Shown: positions 1 through 13,590, counted from the first letter of the whole stretch. The stretch is 45,742 bases of DNA, filler included, from Catajapyx aquilonaris (GCA_000934665.2; 2 parts of 2 records of this genome joined end to end with filler, not necessarily neighbours in it), one strand, 5' to 3'. Notes: generated by a model not told the origin, from the sequence alone. A program made the numbers and translations.

Positions 1-1255
1 GGGGGTGTCAACAATCATAAATGTATTTTGGAGAAGTACTGACGCTCCTTTTCAGCAAGATGGCTTCTTACTATAGACTTAGAGAGAGCTTCGGTTTCAT
101 TAGCTAATTGCAAAACCCTGCTCTGTATGACAGATAACCTTGCAGAGATATGGTGTTGGAAAGCTGGGGATACTTGTTGCACTTGTTCAGTGCGATACAC
201 CCCCCAGTTTTAAGTGATAAGTGTCGGCGTTGCAGAGACAAAATGTCACTTAATTTGCATGGAACAAATAGGGTTGTGTAAAAATAATATGAAGTGGTAA
301 TAATTAAAATTAATTAAAAGGGGATATGCAAGTGGTGCCAATACACCAGTGCAATTACTGTTTAATTTAGGACGAAAACTATAGTAATTACTCCGGTAGT
401 GTTTAATTGTACAAAATTTTTGCAACAATCAGGAGTGCCAACAGCTCCGAGCAAATTTCAAGCTGCTCTCCAGGGAAATAAACGTCGTTACTAGCAAAAT
501 GACAAAAGTTCATATCTCCCTACAGTTTCTCCTGACATGACATTTTTTTCTGTCCAATTTTTTCCACTCTCTTTACTCTAACAGACCATGTAGTGTGCCC
601 TGTAATGACGCCATTTGGAACCAAAGCGAGCGTGAATATCTCCAGGGCAAGGGCCACGATTACCTTTAAAAAAAAAGGCTGGGTCTGTTATAAGGTAAAG
701 GTGACGACTCCTGAGACAGAGGTACATTTGTAACGTCAGCAACAAAAGAGTCGGGCTTTTCGGTTTCAGAGAGTGGAAACCCGTGTTAAAGGACCGAGCT
801 GTGTATAAAAAGAGAGGGGGGTCCTGGTCCTGTATTCACCTCAGTCTAACACTGCAACAAACAACGTCAGCAAATTAATTATGAGTTACGCTGCAGAGGA
901 TAAAAGCGCTGTCGCAACTCCACAGTCCGTCATGATTACGCCAATTAAACGACAATTAAGGACTTAACCAAATTATGCGAAATAGTGCGTTATATACCCT
1001 CTTTGCCAAGGGCCATTGTTGTACCCGGGTATATGAGAGAGAGAGAGAATATATTGTTACGAATTTTTGGATTGATGACTAGGGGTCGACTATTGACAGG
1101 ATAATGGTTGAAGTAACGAGCGTTAAAATTATTGGGGAAATATGCCAATAAATATTAAAAAGGAAGTGACAAGCTGGCCATGAGGCATAAACACTCAGGC
1201 TGACACGATATGACAGCGTACACAAGATGCCAAAAATAACAGCTGCAATTGTCCA

Positions 1256-1430
1256 GTACAGTGCTGGTGGCGCCACGAGACATTGCGGCAAAAGAGCGAA
1301 TCGCAATTTACCTCCGGATGACCACCTTCAGTTAATGAAGGTGGTCATCCGGAGGCAAATAGATTCGCTCTTTTGCCGCTATTGGCTTGTGGCGCCACAA
1401 GTACAACACCATTAATGTCCAGAACTGTAC
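1256..1430. mobile_element. Small palindromic MITE (TA-CAGT termini, Tc1/pogo-like)
   Basis: Core hairpin 1285-1379: gcggcaaaagagcgaatc..atttacctccggatgaccaccttca / gttaa / tgaaggtggtcatccggaggcaaat.gattcgctcttttgccgc. Outer imperfect inverted ends gtacagtgctgg / ccagaactgtac. Confidence 0.55.
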
Positions 1431-2967
1431 CTACTGCATAATCTTTTGCACACTTGTCAGAAAATCATACCTATAACTGATGACATTCTTATCCGTCGTT
1501 TAACATTGGCCAGACAGGTACTGTACTTGACATCATATCGACAAATTGATTTCCGATATATTGACCACCCACCACTCGATCGGCACCTCCGCACTCTCGT
1601 CATGTCAATCTCTCCAAGCATTTTTGCATCATTTTTCAACACACATTTTATCAGCCTTTGTCAGCTGAACACTTATCCTCCACTCATGCAGCATGTTTCC
1701 CCCTAAAAGTTCTGGCAACATGGCTGGTACGTCAACGCCAACTGGTAGCAACCCTCACAAATTTTTTGGGGGGTCTCCATACTTGTGAGGCTGGTTCAAA
1801 AAGTTTGTGTATTTTCAAGGCCTAAGGCATCAGATGGGGGTGTGGGTGGGCTTACTTCCAATGCAGGTTCATCCATCACTGGATAGTCAGATTGGGGAAC
1901 ATTTCTCCCGCCACTTGCAGACTCGGGAAACGATTATGATTTGAGAGCGTCAGCTCGTTTCACCACCTCCATCTAACTCCCTTCTCCTCCATCCCCTACC
2001 ATCTAGAGTTGATGCGTTGATGGAGAAGCTAGAAAGGCACCCCCATTTCGCCAAACTGCTTCTAGCCAATGAGGATTTGAAATTATCCTTAGCATATAGA
2101 TTGAAGCTATNCCCCGTCCCCCACCCAAAAAAGAGGTAATGAGCTCATTTTTTTCACTATCTCAATGTTGGAAAATTCTGGGAAGAGGGCAATGCATCTT
2201 AATCCGACTTAACGTTGTAGAATAAAAAAATTTGGGAACACTTTTTTTGGTTTAAAGCTTGAGGCGATAAATCATGCTCTTATCCTGCTTCATCCATTTT
2301 GTTTTTCGGATATATGTATTCCTTTTTGCGAGAGGCCGCAGCATTTTGTAAGATTTATGACAACGGATTTTTCTGTCTGAGAAGAGATGCTCCTAAATTA
2401 CCATATGCAATAGTAAGGCCATCACAATGGCTCCTGAGAGAAGCAGGAATGTTCCGATTGTCCACTAGTGTACATATGTAAAAGTATAAGTTATTTTTTA
2501 CATTTTTACGAATCATGATATTGCTGAGATAAAAGTTTTAAGACACGCTGAGACTTTTCCATAGTGTTTACAGCTTCTTTGAAGAAACAAATGGCGTAAC
2601 TTCTCCCTCGTTACATCAACCCCCATAAAAAAGAATTGTCCATTCGCTCTCTCTTCCCTTTAATACTATGCTAATTCAAGCCTTTCTGGACAATTGTCGC
2701 CTGCATTATCCCCTCCTGAGACGTCCCCTTCCATTTCTCTTTTCTTTCTTTTTTACCTAACATAAAACCCGGAGACGCCTTCGTATAAGGAGTCATTTTC
2801 CGGGTCGACTGTTCTTGGAACCTGGTTCTTCCTTGAATATTAGTCCCTTTGTTCTGTTAAAGTACCGCGTTCCAGTAGTAAAGCGCAATTAAAATCGAAT
2901 TACTGAAGTAATTGGAGCGATTGCAGAAAATAGTGTACCTGGTTGTGAGGTGTATATTAGTCCATGG

Positions 2968-3414
2968 TGTTGTACTTTCGAAATTAAAACTACTTTTAAG
3001 TGGGTCCTAATAAAGGGTGTTAATTAATGAAGAACACATTGGTCAGGTTTGGAAAACCTATCCTACCGTACACTATCCTACCCTAACCTATCCTACCCTA
3101 CCCTACCCTACCCTACCCTACCCTACCCTACCCTACCCTACCCTACCCTATCTTATCCTATCCTATCCTAACCTATCTTATCCTATCCTATATCCTACCC
3201 TACCCTACCCTACCCTACCCTACCCTACCCTACCCTATCCTAACCTATCCTAACATATCCTAACCTAGCTTATCCTATCCTAACCTACCCTAACCTATCA
3301 TGTAGGATATATTTGGAGAGGTTAGGTTAGCCAAACCTGACCAATGTGTTCTAGCTTAATTAACACATTTATTAGGACCCACTCAAAAGAGAGACTAATT
3401 TTGGAAATACGACA
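2968..3414. mobile_element. Foldback/MITE-like element with ~85-bp inverted arms around a pentanucleotide array
   Basis: gtgggtcctaataaa..gtgttaattaa..gaacacattggtcaggtttgg (3000-3052) is the reverse complement of ccaaacctgaccaatgtgttc..ttaattaacacatttattaggacccac (3331-3382). Similarity extends further outward. Confidence 0.7.
3055..3300. repeat. (CCTAC/CCTAT/CCTAA)n pentamer array, a degenerate TTAGG-like repeat
   Basis: Read directly from the sequence; it generates the spurious PTLPY ORF at 3017-3253. Confidence 0.9.
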
Positions 3415-6153
3415 AACCTAACCTAACCCACATGATTATGAAACATCCTGAACAATCCCTATTATTGTCACAACAACATACACATCCTCTGTACACAAGA
3501 ATTGAACAAACACTTACTCTTCACTACAGATAATCCAAGCTTACATGTGCATTAGGAATATTCAATAACTTGGGGATTGTTGGCTAAATTTTGCACAGAG
3601 CTTTTATGAACAAAAAAAAACTGTGCATGGAGAGAATAGCGATGGTGGTAGAAGGGCTGCTGGTTGGAGTGTCCTAAATTAAATCAAAGGCGCCGACTTG
3701 CCTTTGTCCGTCCCAATAGACCGCAAAACCCTAGTCGATCGACAATCCCCCTGCAGTGTCTGCATTGAATAATTTTCGCTGAAAATCAAGGGGAGACCTG
3801 GGGGCCTTTGGTATCCGAGACAACCAGTGAAAACCCCTGGTGCTGCTTTAGGGTTACTCACTAGTTTCAGGTCCATTAAGCTCAGGAGGAATTCATAACA
3901 TCATATCCCCTACAGGGATTTTGCTCATCTCCAACTGTGGTGAAAATTATTCCTATCTTCTCTGGATATCGCAGGGTTAAAAAAATTAATCCCACTTTTT
4001 TCTCACTTATGTGTTTTTTACGCAAGCGAAAGAGCGAAGTTTCCTGTTTGCAAAGATTGCATCGGTAGGGAACCCTTGCAAAAGTTTGAAGAAGAAAACT
4101 TTGGGTCCCGCCACTCCTGATACCTATTAATCAGATTGATGAAAACTAGCTGCTACGTGAGAGTGACTGTTTTTTTTCTCAAAGACAAAACTTTAAGGCT
4201 TCTTTTAATGTGCTTGAAACATGGAGCAGGGGGGGCGGGTGTCCTCATTATTTTCTTGGCATCGTGGAAGTTACTTGGGCTTCTTGTGTTACTGGGAGTG
4301 TCTCAATTTCGCTGGAGCTAACAAGGTTCGTTATATTGAAATCATTAGACAGCAAAATCTTGAGAGAAGTTTATGGTGAAAAGATGGTGTCAGGATGCAT
4401 GTCAGGAAGTTTGTTCAGGGAAGGTGGAAGGCTGAACTTTGATCTATTCGGATATAGTTTTAAAAAATCGATCAAAATTGAGAGACTATTAAAAATGGAA
4501 GAAATATACATTTTTACAAAATAAAACTACGGTCTGCAGATTTTTACAAAATGAACGTAATATACAAATTTTTACAAAATTGAAGTTTAATTAACATATA
4601 TTTAATTTTTTTGTTGAAACGGACAATTTTTAAACAACTGATTAAAAAGACGGGTTGAAAAAATGAAATGAAATTGTTTTTAGCCTGAAAATTTATTGAA
4701 ATTGACATAATGAATAAAATCCAGTAGATTCGTATTGATCAATTGAATAATTTTGGGTCAGAATATTGATGAACCCAAAAGAATTTATAGTAATTCTTAG
4801 CCTGAATGAAATTGATTGAAATATTGACAGACTAAATAAACTATATTCGTATTGATAAACGGAATGAAACTGATTCGAATTTATAACCAAAATAAAATTT
4901 ATTACAATCGACAGCCTGATAATTTAACTCAATTTGACATATTAAAATAATTACAATTGACATTAAGGATAATAAAGATTGATCGACATTGAGAACCCTA
5001 TTGAAATTGAAAATGTGATTAAATCTACAGATTTGTACAAAAATTAGAGCATTTAATCATAGTCCTTTACTTACATCAAAATTATAACAACGTATATGGT
5101 ACGTGGAAAGAGTACTACACATTTCCACCATTTTTTTCCTCATTTGAAACCTGCACATTATCAATCGTAATTAGGTCCATGCAGCAGCAGGTCCTACAGT
5201 GTGTGAACATGTACAGCACGTGCACTCACACTGTACCATCCGCACATTTCCCAAAAGACCCGCACCATTTCCAGCTCGAAATCATTAATCATTCAGGTTA
5301 ATTGAAGAACCTCGGATGATTTCAAACGCTCCAGTACTGTGTCATCCTTGCCTGAAATTTTTTTCCTCTACTTTACAAACAGTGCGACCCAAAAATTTTG
5401 ATGACATGATAGTGTCCTCAGGGCTGTCGTTTGAGAGCATGCTTTGATGTGACGTAATCGAAACGCCGATATCGCTTAGGCAGGTTGGGCCATCCTGCAC
5501 TAGCAGATGTCAAGTGTACTTTTGATGCTGGAATTTTTTTCGGTTAAAAATTGGATGGGTCCACTGAAAGGCATTTCCTTACCTATCAAGTTAGCAATTC
5601 TACAGAGGTCGTCAACTCTATACCGTCCCCCCTCAAAAAAAAAAATGCTGACATGACAACTTTTTGTGCTGGAAGGTACATGCGATATTTTCCAATGCTC
5701 CAAGGAATTCTAGCGCAATGAATTTCGATCTGAGCAGACCCAGAACTTTACGACGCCCGATTGACAATCCCCCATCTCTGGAGAAAAGGAAGAGAAAAAA
5801 AAACTGCTGGAAGATCGGAAAATCTTTCTTGTTTCCGGATTTTCCACCAATCTGGAACCTCCACTTTTGAACGTTTTTTTAAGAACCAAAAATTCGATAT
5901 GAATTGCTAAAAATTTAAATACGTAAAATATATTCACTACGTGCAGTAAATTCATGCAAGAAAGTGCAGAAATATATTCATTCAGACGAATAAAATAAAT
6001 GCACATAATATTCACAAGGTGCAATAATTTTATGCAAGAAATGTATTTTTCTATATGTTTTAAATAATATCAAAATAAGCATAAAAGCACTAATTATTTC
6101 ATCTAATATTATTCATTTAAATTATTAGTGTCAGGTCAGATTTTTCAGCGGGT

Positions 6154-6241
6154 CCTCAAGCTCTTATTGTGAAATGTGGCCGGGGGCGGCCCAGGCCACC
6201 CTGGGCCGCCCCCGGCCACACTTCACAATACGAGCTTGAGG
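6154..6241. repeat. Near-perfect GC-rich 42-bp-stem hairpin
   Basis: cctcaagctcttattgtgaaatgtggccgggggcggcccagg - ccac - cctgggccgcccccggccacacttcacaatacgagcttgagg, with 2 mismatches. Confidence 0.85.
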
Positions 6242-7387
6242 CTTGGTAGTGCATTGCGTCAGGTCTGATCTCATTATGACTGTGTTCAGTGAAAAGTTCG
6301 AATCGAATCGATGATATTGAGTGGACTGGACCAAAGCCACAGGTGGACATTTTTGAATTAAAAGTGGCGTCAATATAAAAAAAAGAACTCGAATGAATCG
6401 AGTGCATTGTTGTGGAAATAATGAAGTGCTGTGACATCCAATTAATGGTTTCGTAATCGAATTTGTATTGTGTTTTGAGTAGCATCAGATAAATCAGAGA
6501 GGGGGTGCTTGAGTCAAATAAATCAATGTGTAATAATAATGTTGTAGCATTGTAATGTCGACAATTATTTTGTAAAAAATTCCATCGTTGTTAGAACTCT
6601 TTTGTTACATTATGCAGAGCACCTCTCACGCATCCAGCTTTGGCATGAACGACATGTAGTTGGTCTCGCATGTGTTTGAACCCACTGATTTTAATTTCAT
6701 TTCAATGCCGCTCGTTAGTCCATGAAAGGCAAACGTGTCGCCCAAAAATGTCGAAATGCCACCCACGGACCTGTCCGACTTGCCTGGCATCGAAATGAGT
6801 GTTCACCAGAATCCAAGCCATATATACTACACAGCACGATGTCGGTATACAAAATGGTAGCCTTTTGCATTGTCTTGCTTACCACGTATGGTCTCTTCCA
6901 TTCTTCTCGGTCTGCAGTGGTGTCTGACATGTCGACAAAAGACCTGACGACACTGGACTGGATTCCGATCCTATACACGAATCATCCATCTAGAAATCCG
7001 AGTGGTTTTCCAGGAACGTGACTCTGCAGCTCAGGAACAAAGGGAAGGTTTGCCATACAAAAATTCGGAGTAATGACCACCATAAATATTAGCTGGTAGT
7101 GTTAGATTCAAGCCCTAAAATGCACTAAATTCCAGAGTGATTTTGAAAGAGCTGAATTTTCCGCTTTGTTTAGTTTATAACTTTATATAAATTATTAGAC
7201 TATTTCTCATCTTAAAGAACGGCTATGTCTGTCTGTCTGTCCGTGGACAGACATCAGGACCTTAACAGCTAGATGTAGCTACCAACGGTTTTCGGATTCG
7301 GATTCAACCACCATTTCCAGGTTTAATCGTCAACCTCCGGTGACTTGCCACTGATGGTTTTTCGGGTACACTCTATCCGCATGCTCA

Positions 7388-7612
7388 GGTCACTTTTTGA
7401 TAACTGATATCGCCCGATAGCAGTTGTTTTGTAGCTTGTTGTGCCAGTAACAATGTGCTCCATTCTATATCACCTGCTGTATAGTTTATTCCACCGCCAG
7501 TGGGTCGAATATAGCAGTAGTTATAGAATGGGGCACAACAAGCTACAAAAAATAACAGCTATCGAGCGATATCAGTTATCAAAAAGGGACCCACGAATCT
7601 GGAACACCCTGG
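7388..7612. mobile_element. Tc1/mariner-type MITE, left end decayed
   Basis: ctttttgataactgatatcgcccgatagcagttgttttgtagcttgttgtgcc pairs with ggcacaacaagctacaaaa..cagctatcgagcgatatcagttatcaaaaag. Right end is ggaacaccctg. A related end occurs at 15945-16018. Confidence 0.65.
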
Positions 7613-8499
7613 TATATGTAAGATGAACAAGCTAGAATCATAGCCAATATCAAGCCCCATCGTAATGCAAACTTAATTCAACTTTAATTTTTGAATTAAC
7701 GTGGAATTTTCCACTACCATATAAGACATGTTTCTTCCCAATTTTAGCAGCGTCCTCTATCATTTGGTCCTAATGAATGGTGGCCACGTTGACGTGTCCT
7801 ATTCACACTGAACCAATGAGCGGCCTGCCTGCCATTAAAGCCTTCCATCCTAATTTTTTTAAAGGCATAATTTCAGGACACCACCCCTTCCTAGTAATTT
7901 ATGGGCCCCTCGTATTTTTAACGAAGCTATTCGGTTGATCAGTGCCCTCCCGTGAGAGACATCCGAATTAACGAGAAAAAAATGGCTGAAATATATGGCG
8001 TCCGAGGCAAGCTCCAGCCTAATAAAAATTCCGTGGCAGTAATTCAGTCCTGCATGACGCTCTCTCTAATGTATCGGTAGGGCATACACATATGCTATTA
8101 GGGACTATAGACTTCTCTCCCACAGGCGTCAGCGACTATATACGACCCTCCTGCTGGAAACTCGAAGTTTGGGTCATCGCCTGGAGACCAACTCTTGCTG
8201 AAGCTGTAAAAAAAACGAGAGAGAGAGAGAGAGAGAGAAAGGCAACTCAGGCCATTTTAATCTCCCCCTCAGGCCCACCCACTTTTTGGGCATCACGATC
8301 AGACTTCGGGTCTCGGAGGTGGGCTAACTTTTAGACTCCGGTGTCTCACGTCGTCGCGAATAAAACACTAGAGACGACGCGACGCATCAATATGGAGCTA
8401 TCAAACGTGGTGGGAAATACTGAATCAGGCCATACTACCTGTGATAATACTCGGATCCAACTACCTGTGATAATACTCAGCTCCAACTACATGTGCACT

Positions 8500-8855
8500 A
8501 TTCAGCGCCTACTACCTGTTTTCAGAGCAAGGGATGTTGGTACAAAATTGTAATGAATACAATAGAATTTTTTTTTACAATAATAGTATTGCCACCTGTG
8601 GTAAGATAGCCCGGTGTAAATTGTTCCGTACATTTTATTCTTGAACTTGTTCTTTTTTTTACGCCTTCAGGATACGCATTTAGGACCTGCTACCTGTGCG
8701 ATATTCAGCACCTACTACTTGTGCAATATTCGGGGGCATATAGTACTTCCTGTTTTCGTAGTTTGGTGGTGCAAAATTGTGATGAATGAAATAGAAAATT
8801 TTGCAATTTGTCCACCGGCGTAAGGATAACCCGGATTAAGTTGTTCCCTACATTT
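8500..8855. repeat. Two diverged tandem copies of a ~130-200 bp unit, with a third partial copy at ~9338-9372
   Basis: Recurrent tattcagc.cctactac, caaaattgt.atgaat..aatagaa and ccac..g.gtaag.ata.cccgg....a.ttgtt motifs. Confidence 0.6.
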
Positions 8856-8865
8856 ACCCCTTCTT

Positions 8866-9312
8866 TACACCTGACACCTTTACACCTTTACCTACACCTT
8901 TACCGACACCTTTACTTACACCTACACCTACACCTTTACACCTTTACCGACACCTTTACTTACACCTACACCTTTACACCTTTACCGACACCTTTACTTA
9001 CACCTACACCTACACCTTTACACCTTTACCGACACCTTTACTTACACCTACACCTACACCTTTACACCTTTACCGACACCTTTACTTACACCTACACCTA
9101 CACCTTTACACCTTTACCGACACCTTTACTTACACCTACACCTACACCTTTACACCTTTACCGACACCTTTACTTACACCTACACCTTTACACCTTTACC
9201 GACACCTTTACTTACACCTACACCTACACCTTTACACCTTTACCGACACCTTTACTTACACCTACACCTACACCTTTACACCTGACACCTGACCCATGAC
9301 ACCTGACACCTG
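8866..9312. repeat. Compound ACACCT-based micro/minisatellite (~38-44 bp higher-order unit tttaccgacacctttacttacacctacacc...)
   Basis: Read directly from the sequence; it explains the low-complexity ORF at 8808-9299. Confidence 0.9.
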
Positions 9313-10172
9313 TTCTTTGTACAATTTCTGCAGTTTGCCCACTGGCGTAAGATAACCCGGAGCAAGTTGTTGGTAGGAAGTAAGACCACAACAGTATACT
9401 GTATATCCGATATGTAAATTCAGGGGCAGGGGCACAGTGGGAAATCTCGTAACACTCCAGAGAGAGGGGGAGTCAACTTGTGCCTGTCATTTGCAGCCTG
9501 TTAGCAACGTTGCTAGACTCCAAACCCCCCACCCCCACCCCCCACTGCTGCTGATGGCACAACTTTTCCTAACCCCCCTCCCCATCCCCCTCCTTTTACC
9601 CTACCCTGCTCCCCAATCCAGAAACTCCAGGAGAGGGGGGGCAAAAGTTATGTGCGGTCAGCAACTGTGGGAGTAGGGTGGAGAGTCAGCTGGGGCTAGT
9701 CAAATGACTAGTTGTGGCGCAGCAGGTGATTTTACGGAGAAGCGACCTTTGATGCCCTAGGACCTACCTGTAGGTGACATGTTATTAAGGACATGTCCAC
9801 ACTGCCCTGGCGGGTGATATACCACCCTACCCCCCCCCCAAAAAAAAGTTCGGAGCAAAAAGGGTGTCAAATTACATTTCCGTCCTGGATGACGCCACGT
9901 CAGCTCTCAGTTCGAACATTACCAAACACCCACGTACCTTAGCATATTGGTGATATTAGTTATAATGTATCATATTGTATTAGCTACTATTTTATATTCG
10001 CGGCTATTCGATATTATGAGCTATTTGATATTAGAAGCATCAGATCAGTGATTAATTTCAATTACATTATTTATACTATTTAGTTATTTGGATTATTTTT
10101 ATACTATTACTATTTACAGTTGCTGCTATTTTATATTAGCTATTTATATTACAGTAGATGCTACTTTATATA

Positions 10173-10429
10173 CAGGGTGGACCAACTTCAAGTGTCGTTT
10201 TATAACGGCTATTAATAGAAGCGCTTTACGATTGACGTAGCAGCGACGTGTAAACTGGCCCACTTCGGCGCCATCGAAAATATTAGACTCTGCCAATTGG
10301 CTGCCCTATTGGCAGCTAATATTTTCGATGGCGCCGAAGTGGGACATTTTACACGTCGCTGCAACGTCATCGCAAAATCACTGCTATTAATCGCCGCTAT
10401 AAAACGACACTTGAAGTTGGTCCACCCTG
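10173..10429. mobile_element. Tc1/mariner-type MITE with long TIRs and TA target duplication
   Basis: TA-cagggtggaccaacttcaagtgtcgttttata ... tataaaacgacacttgaagttggtccaccctg-TA; almost fully palindromic. Confidence 0.85.
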
Positions 10430-10482
10430 TATTATTGGTTATTATTTATACTACAGTAGTTATTTTGGTAACATTGTTTACA

Positions 10483-10812
10483 CAGGGTGTCTCATCTTTT
10501 TTGTCCAAACAGTTATCGGAAAATTGCGCGTAGCTGGTACTTTTTAAGCAGTGACTTGCAAACGGTGATTTTTCGTAGGAACGGGGAATATTCCCTGCGA
10601 ATCGTAGGCTGAAGTGGCATACGCGCTGCCCGCTGAAAATTGAAGGTCAAGCCTGGAATAAAGAGGATCACACATGCCATGGGATGTGTGACCCTCTTTT
10701 TCCCCATTCCCCATTCCTCCGACAAATCACCGTTTGCAAGTCACTCCTTAAAAAGTAGCAGCTGCGCTCAATTTTCCGGTAACTGTTCGGACAAAAAAGA
10801 TGAGACACCCTG
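10483..10812. mobile_element. Tc1/mariner-type MITE with ~105-bp TIRs
   Basis: cagggtgtctcatcttttttgtcc.aacagtta.cggaaaattg.gcg ... cgctcaattttccggtaactgttcggacaaaaaagatgagacaccctg-TA. Confidence 0.85.
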
Positions 10813-10843
10813 TATATTAGTTATTTTATAGGCTATATTGGTT

Positions 10844-10995
10844 GTACTATGGGGCTCAAATTCTTTTGGCCGCTTTATCCTGGTCTTGAAGCAACCCTTC
10901 GCACAGGCCCCACGTTGAGGAAGTGTGTGTGCTTGCGTGAAGGGTTGCTTCAATACCAGGATAAAGTGGTCAAAAGCATTTGAGCCCCATAGTAC
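10844..10995. mobile_element. Short palindromic MITE, same family as 22409-22556
   Basis: gtactatggggctcaaat..ttttggcc.ctttatcctggtcttgaagcaacccttc ... gaagggttgcttcaataccaggataaagtggtcaaaagcatttgagccccatagtac. Confidence 0.8.
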
Positions 10996-12016
10996 GTATT
11001 ATAATGTAGCTATTGGATTAATAATTATTATATCATATTATTTTCTGTTGGTTATTATTTCGATTAGTTATATCATTAATATTACATCAAGGAACCCCTT
11101 GCCAAAACTGTCATACTGTCCATGTAGTAGCCTACATCACTCATATAGATGGCGCATCCTGCCTCTCTGAACATCAGTGCCACTATCAGGGTCGTGAAAG
11201 TGGTACTATAAGGCTGATGACTCACCCCGAACAAACAAATGGAAAGACAGTGTCAATTGCATAAATGTTAGTACCATGTATTTGTGGCAGGATTGGCTCC
11301 AAAACCTGTTTTATTGGGGAAAAATACTGTGGACGTGGCTACAGTTTAATGATGTAATTAGTTATCGCATGGCTTCATGTGCGAGAGAGCTTTTGATGTC
11401 TAAACGCACATTTTTCGGGGAGGGGGGNTTGTAAAAAACTGTACAACTTTCTAACGCCTTTTCCCTTGATTGCAGTTCATTAGTTCTCATTACGGGTACG
11501 AATTAGCGTAATTAGAGCTAATTCGCTCGCCGACAAAAAAAAAGTGTAGCTATTGCTTAATCCCATATCGTTCTTAACAAGGAAATAAAGCAGCGATTTT
11601 AGCCATTGCACGTTATGTTATTTTTCTTTTTTGGTAGGAAGGATAAGAGGAAATATGGGAGGGGGGGGGGGGGAGTTATAAGCTGCTTTTCCATTGCATT
11701 AGTGTGGGGGCCGAACTTAAACCCGGGTTTTTGCTACGGGAGAAGAGACCGGGGGTTCGTAACCGTAAAAGAAGCATATGAAATTTTCATCAAACTCCTC
11801 TCGCTTTTTGGATTTAGCTAATGGGCTTTTTACGACCGAACGCTAACTTTTTCTCTCTTCTTTTTTCTTATTGGCGAATCTCCCTCCAATGTTATTATGG
11901 AGTTTCGAACTTGCAAGAGCTGAAAACGTTCAGTTTTGGAGAGAAATGAACTAACAATAGTCTATTGTTAGACAACTATAATCATAACAAGTAACTATTA
12001 CTAACAAGTGTAATCA

Positions 12017-12065
12017 CACTCTTAACCATTTACCTTCTCTAGAGAAGGTAAAATGGTTAAGAGTG
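12017..12065. repeat. Loopless 49-bp palindrome
   Basis: cactcttaaccatttaccttctct|agagaaggtaaaatggttaagagtg, with one extra A. Confidence 0.8.
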
Positions 12066-13107
12066 CATAACAAGTTTACGTGTTTACGTAACATTTAATT
12101 CAAATTTAAATTATTTCATTTTATGTATATTTTATGGCGAAATTATTTTGCCATTTGTTACTTTATTTTAGTCTTCTCGTCAGCCATTTTGACTCTTTAG
12201 CCGCATAGCAACCCCAGTAGTTTAATTATCCAAAAGTTTCTCTCATCCCGATTTGACTGGCCTCCATTTAAACTTGCACGCCTCGCTCTCTCTCTGCCCC
12301 ACCGTAAACCAAAAAAAACCGTCCTGTAGTTGCACATTCATGCAACATCCCAAGGACTAGTGGTGAGACCCGGAAAACCGCTGCATTTGGAAGCGCTCCT
12401 GGAATCCCAAAAGCCTGGGTTTCCACCCTTTCTGCCCCAAAATGGACTCTCTGGTTCAAGCTCAAACTCCAAAGGGCTTCTGGATTATTACGTCGGGAAC
12501 AGTCCTGGAGTCATATCTGGAGATTTGCATGGAAGTATTTCCATACATATGACTAGTCATATCGAGCAGAAAAAAAGATGGCCGCCGAGACGGGTTCGGT
12601 CATCTAGAAGTTGATTAAACTAACTGGTTAATAAACAGTAGCTTAATAGTTTCGCTTAATAAATCACCTCTGTTATGCCTAGTCGTAATGTCAGGGGTTA
12701 ATAAGCCAACTTTTAACAACATAAAAATTTCGGCAACTGGTACTAAAACCGGCCCCCGAAATTAAACATGCAGCTAGCTAGCTAGCAATTATTTGCGCCA
12801 ACTTCTCCATTGAGAGAGGCACGAAACTGTGGCGCGAAAACTCGTCGGTCGCGGCACCGTGGAGCTGGCTTTTACCTGAGTAAGCCACAAGTGGACGCGA
12901 CTGAAATTAGCGGAATTTAAACATCGCACCTATGCCTAACACTTTCGCTTAAAATAATGGCAACATAGCCTGTTATACGTTATGTTCCACGTGTACGTTA
13001 TGTTCCACGAAACTCGCTTATATCTTTTAGTCCTGGAGCGAAACATTGAAGAAAATATTACTTCATAAGACAACTTTCTGGTACTAATTTTGTTCGAATA
13101 TTGCATA

Positions 13108-13590
13108 AATCGGACGAAAATATTATTCATGCGATAATTTTGTCGGACGAACATGTGAATCGAGCGAGAATTTTGTCGGACGAAAATGTAAATCATATGA
13201 TAATTTTGTCGGATGAAAATGTGATTCGGACGAGAATTTTGTCGGACGAAAATATGAATCAGACGAGAATTTTGTCGGACGAAAATGTGATTCGGACGAT
13301 AATTCTGTCGGACGAAACTGTGAATCAGATGAAAATATTATTTTATCGGAAGAAATGGTGAATTAGACGATAATATTATTTTGTCGGACTAAATTGTTAT
13401 TCATACGATAATTTTGTCGGACGAAACTGTCAATCGGACGAGAATTTTGTCGGGCGAAATTGTGAATCAGACGATAATTTTGTCGGACGAAACTATGAAT
13501 CAGACGATAATTTTGTCGGACAAAAATGTGATTCAGACGATTATTCAATCGGAAGAAAATGTGAATCAGACGAGAATTCGGTCGGAAATT
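13108..13590. repeat. 33-bp minisatellite, ~14 units (aattttgtcggacgaaaatgtgaatcagacgag)
   Basis: Read directly from the sequence; it gives the ILSDENVNQTR pseudo-ORFs. Confidence 0.9.

Noticed and set aside
1..205. Possible MITE bounded by gggggtgt / acacccccc
   Set aside because: The inverted match is only ~8 bp and is cut by the window edge, so no TSD can be checked.
6715..7021. Overlapping 87/99-aa ORFs with a DREEWKR motif reminiscent of LINE C-termini
   Set aside because: Too little similarity to call; no RT motifs or tail nearby.
8808..9299. 163-aa His/Thr/Pro-rich ORF
   Set aside because: It is the translation of an ACACCT-based satellite that lacks stop codons; no splice or domain evidence.
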